A DNA stretch of 41,235 nt from a virus (lineage: Duplodnaviria > Caudoviricetes), in IMG/VR virus record IMGVR_UViG_3300042465_002648, positions 1 through 41,235 of that record. The stretch is one strand, 5' to 3'. The translations under genes were made by a program, and so were the position numbers. The notes beneath the pieces were generated by a model. The model saw only the letters and a list, made by a program, of their open reading frames with translations, made no database searches and was not told the DNA's origin. Each line of letters starts with the position of its first letter. Positions within the stretch are counted from its first letter, which is position 1. Shown piece after piece: positions 18,441 through 24,926 of the stretch.

Positions 18441-18911
18441 TGTATCGACCATGAGACTGTTACCAATCTGATAGCCGCTACATTAGCCCTTGCCTTACCC
18501 CCCCAAGCCTGACCTTTGCTCGCCTGACCGCATCCAGCCATTCCTCTAACACTCGAAGTGGTACTGTTGCCAATACCCTATCGACTGTTTCCAGTTCCAT
18601 GCCAGTCCTTACCTATCCCCACCTGTCCTGACCTTGCCATGCCTCTCCTCAACATGCCGTAACACTCGAAGGAGAACTATTTCTAATTCCCTATCGGCTG
18701 TTGTCAGCCCTTGCCTAACCAGACCCAGCCGAGCCAGTCCGCTCGTTGCCATACCCAGCCGAACGTTGCCCAACCGAACACTCGAAGTGGCACTCAGTGA
18801 ATGCCCTATCGACTGTTGCCAGTTCCCTGCCATGCCGGAACCTGTCCCGCCTCTCCCCGCCTTGCCAGACCGAACCTGACCGCATCGCGCCGAACCGAGC
18901 CACATTAAACC
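18441..18911 (-). ncRNA. Guide-like RNA array: four (GGY-NN)n tracts, each followed by a ~42-nt hairpin (VIPR-like vrRNA array)
   Basis: Period-5 tracts at 18827-18901, 18711-18775, 18594-18658 and 18485-18544; hairpins at 18777-18817, 18661-18702, 18548-18589 and 18441-18482. Confidence 0.85.
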
Positions 18912-18927
18912 AGTCAGCATGGTATAG

Positions 18928-18956
18928 ATTCTACCTGCTATATTTTTATTTTGCAA
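18928..18956 (-). promoter_or_regulatory. Sigma70 promoter driving the array and the RAMP operon
   Basis: TTGCAA (18956-18951), 17 bp, TAGAAT (18933-18928). Confidence 0.75.
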
Positions 18957-18994
18957 CAGGTAAGTTAAAATATTTTTAACAGGTAGGAGATACC

Positions 18995-19282
18995 ATGAGA
19001 AGAGCCAACAGAATCGACGCAAACCAGAACAAAATCGTGGACGCATTACGGGGCGCAGGAGCCGTCGTTCGCATCGTGACGCAGGGTGATGGCATCCCTG
19101 ATCTTTTAGTGGGCTACAAGGGCTATACGGTGCTTATGGAGGTCAAAGATGGGGACAAAGTGCCGTCAGCTAGGAAACTTACTGAGGCTGAACAGAAGTT
19201 CTTTGATGAGTGGGAGGGTGGGCTGCTCGTAGTTGTAAATTCTGTGGAAGAAGCTCTTGAAATCCTAGAAAATTGTGGTTAA
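18995..19282 (+). CDS. VRR-NUC/Holliday-junction-resolvase-like PD-(D/E)XK nuclease
   Basis: GIPDLL...EVK...LTEAEQKF motif; AGGAG RBS. Confidence 0.8.
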   Translation: MRRANRIDANQNKIVDALRGAGAVVRIVTQGDGIPDLLVGYKGYTVLMEVKDGDKVPSARKLTEAEQKFFDEWEGGLLVVVNSVEEALEILENCG

Positions 19283-19285
19283 CAT
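19257..19285 (+). promoter_or_regulatory. Possible sigma70 promoter for a small RNA
   Basis: TTGAAA, 17 bp, TAACAT. Confidence 0.4.
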
Positions 19286-19344
19286 GGCGTCAATCCAGAG
19301 GGCTGGTTGTTTCGCTAGGTTGCTTTTTTCCTTTGATTGGTTTT

Positions 19345-19372
19345 GTGGCTCCGTAACTGGGGCCACTTTTTT
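19345..19372 (+). terminator. Intrinsic terminator
   Basis: GTGGCTCC-gtaact-GGGGCCAC followed by T6. Confidence 0.8.
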
Positions 19373-19380
19373 CTGAGCAT

Positions 19381-19494
19381 CAACACGCATGGGGATTGCA
19401 GAGATAGGCATGGAGCGAGCCTACGCTATCAGTCTCGGGTCGGAGCAGGATTACTAAGCCTTGTCCCCTTCCCGCGCAGTCCCCAGTCGTGTTG
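19381..19494 (+). ncRNA. Candidate structured RNA (long closing stem, branched interior)
   Basis: CAACACG/CGTGTTG and TGGGGATTGC/GCAGTCCCCA pairings. Confidence 0.5.
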
Positions 19495-19570
19495 GTGGTA
19501 AACGGGTTAGCGCCGTGCGTTGTTCCTTAGTTCGGTTTTAACGCCAACACTGCTTTATGTGTCCACCAAC
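19491..19570 (+). ncRNA. Cloverleaf-like RNA motif, copy 1
   Basis: GTTGGTGG/CCACCAAC closing stem; CGGGTTAGCGCCG and CACTGCTTTATGTG arms shared with copy 2. Confidence 0.55.
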
Positions 19571-19590
19571 AACTACATAGATTCAGGTAA

Positions 19591-20181
19591 ATGATTAAAA
19601 AATTCCTTCATGTAGGGTGTGGCCCTCAGACTAAACAAGGCATTAAAGGGTTTAACTCTCAAGAGTGGGAAGAGATCAGGTTTGACATAGACGAGCGGGT
19701 AAAGCCTGACATCGTTGGTACTCTGACAGACATGAGTGCAGTAGCTACGGCCAGTGTCGATGCAATTTATTCAAGCCACAACATAGAGCATCTGTACGCG
19801 CACGAAGTAGCTATCGCGCTAAAAGAATTTAACAGGGTGCTCAAGAGTGATGGCTTTGTAGTCCTTACTTGCCCTGATTTACAGAGTGTTTGCGAGGCGG
19901 TAGCTGATGACAGGCTGCTAGACACCTTGTATGAATCTCCGGCAGGGGCAATTACTCCGATGGATATTCTCTACGGCCACAGAGGGTACATAGAAAACGG
20001 CAATAAGTACATGGCTCACAATTGCGGTTTCACTTACAAAGTGCTAGACAAATTCTTTAAAGACTCTGGGTTTGTACGCACAAGGGGCATGCAAAGACCA
20101 CTGGCATTTGACTTGTGGATCTTGGCGATGAAAGAAAACAACATTGAGTTAGCCCGAGAAGCTCCTAAATACTTCCCATAA
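19591..20181 (+). CDS. Class I SAM-dependent methyltransferase
   Basis: LHVGCG motif I; DAIYSSHNIEH; RVLKSDG. Confidence 0.85.
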   Translation: MIKKFLHVGCGPQTKQGIKGFNSQEWEEIRFDIDERVKPDIVGTLTDMSAVATASVDAIYSSHNIEHLYAHEVAIALKEFNRVLKSDGFVVLTCPDLQSVCEAVADDRLLDTLYESPAGAITPMDILYGHRGYIENGNKYMAHNCGFTYKVLDKFFKDSGFVRTRGMQRPLAFDLWILAMKENNIELAREAPKYFP

Positions 20182-20209
20182 AAGCGGCAATAAGTACTTT
20201 TTTCTGTTG

Positions 20210-20231
20210 CAGAAATGATAAAAGATTTCTA
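20210..20231. promoter_or_regulatory. Operator-like palindrome copy
   Basis: CAGAAATGATAAAAGATTTCTA, just upstream of a -35 box. Confidence 0.55.
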
Positions 20232-20237
20232 TGGGTG

Positions 20238-20268
20238 TTGACACACGTTGATATGGTGTGGTTATAAT
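20238..20268 (+). promoter_or_regulatory. Sigma70-like promoter
   Basis: Perfect TTGACA and TATAAT, but with a non-optimal 19-bp spacer. Confidence 0.55.
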
Positions 20269-20298
20269 CCGCTCGTTGTCGTCGTGGGCAATACTCTG

Positions 20299-20370
20299 AA
20301 GCCATTTACACATGCCTCGCCCCGTTTAGGGGTACCACGACGGGGCAGTTGTAAGTGGCTTTTTTGTTTT
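20299..20370 (+). terminator. Attenuator/terminator-like long hairpin
   Basis: AAGCCATTTACA/TGTAAGTGGCTT stem followed by a T-run. Confidence 0.6.
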
Positions 20371-20371
20371 T

Positions 20372-20458
20372 GAGACTGGGATTGTGTGGCGGGTTAGCGC
20401 CGTTACTTGCATCCTAATGTTTTGAAATCCACTGCTTAATGTGAGCAGTTCCAGTCTC
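20372..20458 (+). ncRNA. Cloverleaf-like RNA motif, copy 2
   Basis: ~14-bp closing stem GAGACTGGGATTG/CAGTTCCAGTCTC; same two arms as 19491-19570. Confidence 0.55.
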
Positions 20459-21148
20459 TCCTCCTACGACAGCCGTACTCCGCACGATAGCAAGCACCTG
20501 CATGGGTGGCGCGGAACAGAACACCGGCACTGGAGCACCCCCAGACAAATGCCGTCCAGCCTGTTAGCGAGGGACTGGGCAAGATAGTAGGGACATGGTG
20601 AAACAAGACCTCTATCGACGAATCGCTACGTTCTGCGTACTCTAGGCAGGCTCCACTCAAGTGAGCTTCGCTGGGAGAGGGAGAGAGCTTCTCACCCTTG
20701 GGGAACCTATGGCTAAAACGCAACACTAGGGAAAGTCCCTACTACCTTTTTACAACACACGGCACAAACTGCTAGAACTGTGCAATAATCACATTAAACA
20801 TAGCAGGTATAAAGGCTGATAAGCAATGAGGTATAAGTGGATGAAAAGACCAAGTAAAGACACATGCCTGACGATGGCTTACTACCAATACAGGTGTAGG
20901 AATGATGACTTCATGTGGAGGTGGCTCTTTGAGTGGGCTACGTGGGAGGATGACATGGGGTGTCATGTGGAAGGTAAGAAACTAAAGCAAAGGAAAACAG
21001 TAATGACCAAAGAGCAGATGGAGAGATTCAACCAGACATTCCCAGAGTTCGACAACGTGCTTGGCCGAACAGTTGTGGCGTGGATAGAAGCCGAGGTGAT
21101 GGAACAGTTGGCCGAGCAGTTAGATCAGGTGTTAGTGGAGGATGCTAA

Positions 21149-21409
21149 ATGACACAAGATGAAATCCTAGATGCACTATACAAAGTGGTGCAAGAGAACA
21201 AGCACTACACAACATGGACTGTATCAACCCCGCACTTGGTTGCTTTAGTCAAGTTAGCCATTGAGCATGAGCGTGAGGCGTGTGCTGAAGTTTGTAAGAA
21301 ACACGCTGATTTTTATGCGGGGCTTGAACCAAGCCCAATCGCACAATCAGCATGGGCGGCTTGTATTGATAACCGTGACACTATCTTAGCAAGGGGCAAC
21401 CATGAATAA
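21149..21409 (+). CDS. Hypothetical protein (EREACA module)
   Basis: GGAGG RBS; common phage modular motif. Confidence 0.65.
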   Translation: MTQDEILDALYKVVQENKHYTTWTVSTPHLVALVKLAIEHEREACAEVCKKHADFYAGLEPSPIAQSAWAACIDNRDTILARGNHE

Positions 21410-21728
21410 AGAGCTAGGGAAAATTAAATCTTTTGACGTTGGTCTTGGCGGCTATGACGGTGCAATGTTTGGTATGTCAGTCACGCTAGGCGGCAAGGGC
21501 TGGGGTGTCGGTGACTTTGACGGTACATGGACACGCACTCCGGATCAGCACTGCCAATGGACTATCGAGGATCAGACCAAGCATTGGGGCGAGATGTGCC
21601 GTCGTGTCGCAAAACTTATGGAGCAAGCTAAAGTAACTTCATGTGCAGACATGGTTGGCATACCAGTTGAGGTTACTTTAAACGGCAACAAGTTGGAATC
21701 GTGGCGCATTCTTGAGGAGGTGCTATGA
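21402..21728 (+). CDS. Hypothetical phage protein
   Basis: Coupled ORF with RBS. Confidence 0.7.
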   Translation: MNKELGKIKSFDVGLGGYDGAMFGMSVTLGGKGWGVGDFDGTWTRTPDQHCQWTIEDQTKHWGEMCRRVAKLMEQAKVTSCADMVGIPVEVTLNGNKLESWRILEEVL

Positions 21729-21961
21729 ACAGAGAAAACATTATTCAGATGGCACGAGCAGCAGGGGTTCTTGATGATGAACACCGCTTTGAGTTTAGTG
21801 AGTACAAAGACCTTGAGTTCTTTGCCCATCTAGTGGCACAACATGTGCGTAAAACCATTAACGACGAAGCCAAAGCGCATCTGCAAGAACTACGCAACAA
21901 CTTTAACGCTGAAAGCGCAGAACTGCGATTGCACATGTGGTCAAAGGAGAAACAAGCATGA
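21725..21961 (+). CDS. Hypothetical protein (IIQMARAAG module)
   Basis: ATGA overlap; GAGGAGG RBS. Confidence 0.65.
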   Translation: MNRENIIQMARAAGVLDDEHRFEFSEYKDLEFFAHLVAQHVRKTINDEAKAHLQELRNNFNAESAELRLHMWSKEKQA

Positions 21962-22122
21962 CCAAGAAACAGAGAGCATATCTACACATCATCACTTTGC
22001 CATTTGTTATTTCAGCGGCAGTTGAATTTTTACCTGCGTGGCTGTATTGGCCTATTGCTGTGATTTGTGGCATGGCATGGTTCGGTGCCTGTGTAAATTT
22101 GGCGGAGGTAGACCATGACTAA
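21958..22122 (+). CDS. Small two-TM membrane protein
   Basis: Two hydrophobic stretches; AAGGAG RBS; ATGA overlap. Confidence 0.6.
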   Translation: MTKKQRAYLHIITLPFVISAAVEFLPAWLYWPIAVICGMAWFGACVNLAEVDHD

Positions 22123-22414
22123 GGACGAAGCATTGAAGCTGGCCTTGGAAGGATTAGAAGCATGGAGTTGGGACAATGACCCAAGAGGCGCGGATAAGTA
22201 CATCACCGCCATTAATGAAGCCTTGGCACAGCCAGAACACATAGGGTTTATGGATTCCAAATTAAACCCAATTCAGCGCACATGGGTTGGGCTAACGGAT
22301 GCGGAGATTGACGGCATGGTGGAAGTCACAGACCTGTCTGGTGCATATTATTACGACGATTTACTTGCACTTGCCAGAGCTACTGAAGCCAAACTCAAGG
22401 AGAAGAACACATGA
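22115..22414 (+). CDS. Hypothetical protein (WVGLTD..EI / KLKEKNT modules)
   Basis: GGAGG RBS; recurrent phage modules. Confidence 0.65.
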   Translation: MTKDEALKLALEGLEAWSWDNDPRGADKYITAINEALAQPEHIGFMDSKLNPIQRTWVGLTDAEIDGMVEVTDLSGAYYYDDLLALARATEAKLKEKNT

Positions 22415-22608
22415 GCGTCCCGTACAACGAAGACACTCGCGAGAGCTACGTTGCCAGACACAAGGCAGAGCATTTGTATTGGGCAAAACTTCACTACGGG
22501 CTTGAAGGCAAAGAGACTATTTCCATGTGGATTGCGCTACTTAACTATGCCATGAGTGAAGACTTGTATGGCGATCACTGGGACAAACTTAAGGAAAAAA
22601 ACACATGA
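22411..22608 (+). CDS. Hypothetical protein ending KLKEKNT
   Basis: ATGA overlaps on both sides. Confidence 0.6.
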   Translation: MSVPYNEDTRESYVARHKAEHLYWAKLHYGLEGKETISMWIALLNYAMSEDLYGDHWDKLKEKNT

Positions 22609-22700
22609 CTTGGCCATTCCCCCCATTCCCAAACCCCAAGGACAAGGACAACCGAGTCCCCAAGTTCAACCCTGATAACCACGAGGATGCACCCGTATGA
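22605..22700 (+). CDS. 31-aa peptide MTWPFPPFP... (not in ORF track)
   Basis: ATGA-coupled on both sides; AAGGA RBS. Confidence 0.55.
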   Translation: MTWPFPPFPNPKDKDNRVPKFNPDNHEDAPV

Positions 22701-22861
22701 TTGACCCAAACAAATTACAGTACTTCACGATGGCGGCATGGATGCGTGGTTACGCATCGGGATTAGATGCACACGAACATTCAACGCTGATCCATAAACT
22801 CAACAAAGCCGCAGACATGTTGGATGCAGTGTGGGGCAAGTATCAGGAAGAGCAGGGATGA
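22697..22861 (+). CDS. 54-aa hypothetical protein (not in ORF track)
   Basis: GAGGA RBS; ATGA overlaps. Confidence 0.55.
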   Translation: MIDPNKLQYFTMAAWMRGYASGLDAHEHSTLIHKLNKAADMLDAVWGKYQEEQG

Positions 22862-23091
22862 GCAAATCCAAAACACCTGAACCACTGTACAGGCAGTTCA
22901 CGCCCGAAGAAGATCGCGGCAAGACAATGGTCAGCAAGTACTACCGAGTCAATCAGAACATGGACGGGTTGGGTGTAAGCCTACATCCGTACCTTGTTGA
23001 GTGCAACATACGGATTGACTTTGGCTTGGATGGTGGCATCTACAAAGTTGAGTGGAGCAACAAAGTTCTTAGCGAAAGGAAACCAAAATGA
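22858..23091 (+). CDS. Hypothetical protein
   Basis: ATGA-coupled ORF. Confidence 0.55.
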   Translation: MSKSKTPEPLYRQFTPEEDRGKTMVSKYYRVNQNMDGLGVSLHPYLVECNIRIDFGLDGGIYKVEWSNKVLSERKPK

Positions 23092-23273
23092 AAGTCAGAA
23101 CTATCCGCAAGAAAACCCTGACAAAACTTCGTTACAACAAAACAATTACATGGTTTCTTGCACCGATCCTTGCAAGGTCGGCAAAGATTAAAGAGCGCAA
23201 CGACAGGATCAAAGCGCAAGTAGACAAAATGTTTCCAGACTTGAAAGGAATTCCATGTCAGAACCTGAATTAA
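23088..23273 (+). CDS. Basic hypothetical protein
   Basis: AAGGA RBS; coupled ORF. Confidence 0.55.
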   Translation: MKVRTIRKKTLTKLRYNKTITWFLAPILARSAKIKERNDRIKAQVDKMFPDLKGIPCQNLN

Positions 23274-23455
23274 ATATATGGGAGAAGGCTATGGGCTGGC
23301 GCAAGCGGCAGATGGTCAAGGCTCAGATCAATGAAGTGTCAGAGAAGATACGCAACGACACGCTAGAGGAGGTAGCTAAAGAGTTTGACAAGATGAAACC
23401 ATTTGGCGACACGGCTCAAAGCTTTGCCACTTATGTAAGGATGATGAAGCGATGA
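23255..23455 (+). CDS. Hypothetical protein
   Basis: AAGGA RBS; RNDTLEEVA motif. Confidence 0.6.
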   Translation: MSEPELNIWEKAMGWRKRQMVKAQINEVSEKIRNDTLEEVAKEFDKMKPFGDTAQSFATYVRMMKR

Positions 23456-23691
23456 TTAAGTACGACGGATATGACGAAGCCATCCTTGGCCCTGCAATGA
23501 TCTGGCGTGACAGGCAACAGGTTCAAGTGCTTGTCTATGACGCTGAAAAGATACGGGAGATTCTCATGCGTGACGGCATGGATGCCGAGGAAGCTAGAGA
23601 GTTTATTGAGTTCAACATTGAAGGCGGTTACTTGGGGGTTACGACACCCGTACTGGTATGGCCTCAAGATTTTTGGGATGACGAAGAATGA
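23452..23691 (+). CDS. Conserved small phage protein
   Basis: DGYDEAILG...EAREFIEFNIEGGYLG..TP motif. Confidence 0.7.
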   Translation: MIKYDGYDEAILGPAMIWRDRQQVQVLVYDAEKIREILMRDGMDAEEAREFIEFNIEGGYLGVTTPVLVWPQDFWDDEE

Positions 23692-24119
23692 ATGGATTCG
23701 TAGCGCAACAGTTGGTACTTGGAAGCAAGCAGCCCCACCATCAACTCAAGCAATGTGATAAGTGTAAAGAAATAAAACCACCGGAAGGCGGGATACAGAT
23801 GTCACCTAACAAGTGGCATTGTGCAAACTGCTGGACTAAACGAGCACAAAGGAGAATGTAATGGAAGAACTAAAAGCAAAACTGGAATGGGAAAAGAAGT
23901 ACAGCAAGATGTTGGAGGAGTTGATAGCCCACTACCAACGCGAGATTAATTATTTGAAAGCAAACTCATGAACGAAGCACGACAGGCGTTTGAATCCTAC
24001 ATGGCCACCAAAGGCAGAAGCATTGCTGACGTTTGGAATGGTAAGAGGTACACCAACATCAACATCAATACCAAGTGGTGTTACTTTTTAATAGGATGGA
24101 CAATGAGAGGACAAGGCAA

Positions 24120-24878
24120 ATGAAACTCAATCAACTCACAATAGATGGCGGTACGCAGTCACGGGTCAAGATTATTCAAGAGGCGGTGGATGAATACGCA
24201 GAGTCACTTAAGAATGGTGCTCGCTTTCCTGCGGTGCTTGCGTACTACGACGGCATTAAGTATTACTTGACTGACGGATACCATCGTTACTTTGCCCACC
24301 AAAAGGCGGGGATCAATGACATTGAAGTAACAGTAGTCAACGGCACATTGAGGGATGCGATCCTGCGATCCTTTAGTGTTAACGCAGAGAACGGACGGCA
24401 TCGGACTAACGAGGACAAGCGCAACGCAGTTCAGGCCATGCTCGATGACTTCGAGTGGCAGTTCTGGAACACGGCAGAGATAGCAAAGGCGTGTCGTGTG
24501 TCTGTTACTTTGGTCGAGTCCATGCGTAGTGGTGCAAAGCCAGAGGTGGTGAAGGTTACTCGTAATGGAAAAACGTTCGAGCGTAAAGCTAAGTACGAGA
24601 AGCCAGAGGAAGAACCAAAGCATGACCAAAGCGGTGATGTTATCAAGGCATTGGCAGATGAGAACGACAAGCTGAAAGACCGATTGGCCGTGGCAGTTTA
24701 TGCGGCTGACGAATCAGAGAAGAAGCTAGCCGAGAACACGATTGCCCAGTTGCGTGAGGACATCCGTATACTGGAGTTAGAGTTGAAGTCAACCCGTATC
24801 AGTCGGGACACATTGCTTAATGAAAATGCGGCAATGAAGAAGCAAATCGCAGCGATGCAGAGACAGTTAAAGAAGTAA
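24120..24878 (+). CDS. ParB/Sulfiredoxin-like N-terminal domain protein with HTH and coiled coil
   Basis: LTDGYHRYFA motif; AEIAKACRVS HTH; start at ATG 24120. Confidence 0.75.
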   Translation: MKLNQLTIDGGTQSRVKIIQEAVDEYAESLKNGARFPAVLAYYDGIKYYLTDGYHRYFAHQKAGINDIEVTVVNGTLRDAILRSFSVNAENGRHRTNEDKRNAVQAMLDDFEWQFWNTAEIAKACRVSVTLVESMRSGAKPEVVKVTRNGKTFERKAKYEKPEEEPKHDQSGDVIKALADENDKLKDRLAVAVYAADESEKKLAENTIAQLREDIRILELELKSTRISRDTLLNENAAMKKQIAAMQRQLKK

Positions 24879-24926
24879 GAGAAGCCTAAGCCCACAGGCT
24901 AATGTGTGGGTAGCTGGAGAAACAAT

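Noticed and set aside
18548-18817. Canonical CRISPR array
   Set aside because: The repeats vary internally, the 'spacers' are 70+ nt and themselves period-5 patterned, and there is no cas1/cas2. It is a different kind of array.
18921-18945. Self-targeting of the array promoter by tract C (NN string ...CA GG TA AA CT AT AC versus CAGGTAgAAtCTATAC)
   Set aside because: The match needs inconsistent gaps; with a fixed 1-nt gap only about three dinucleotides match. No convincing self-target for any tract was found by eye.
18609-19046. ORFs overlapping the array (18609..19046, 18634..18879, 18715..18903, 18746..18979)
   Set aside because: Low-complexity G/R-rich or P-rich translations arise from the 5-nt periodicity; they have no convincing RBS, and one runs across the promoter.
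19491-19570. tRNA gene or pistol/twister ribozyme
   Set aside because: No TTCG T-loop and no 7-nt anticodon loop; the ribozyme pseudoknot partners and catalytic cores are not present.
20826-21152. 108-aa ORF as annotated
   Set aside because: The 5' part has no clear RBS; only the AAGGA-preceded MTKEQ portion from ~21002 looks like a real gene.
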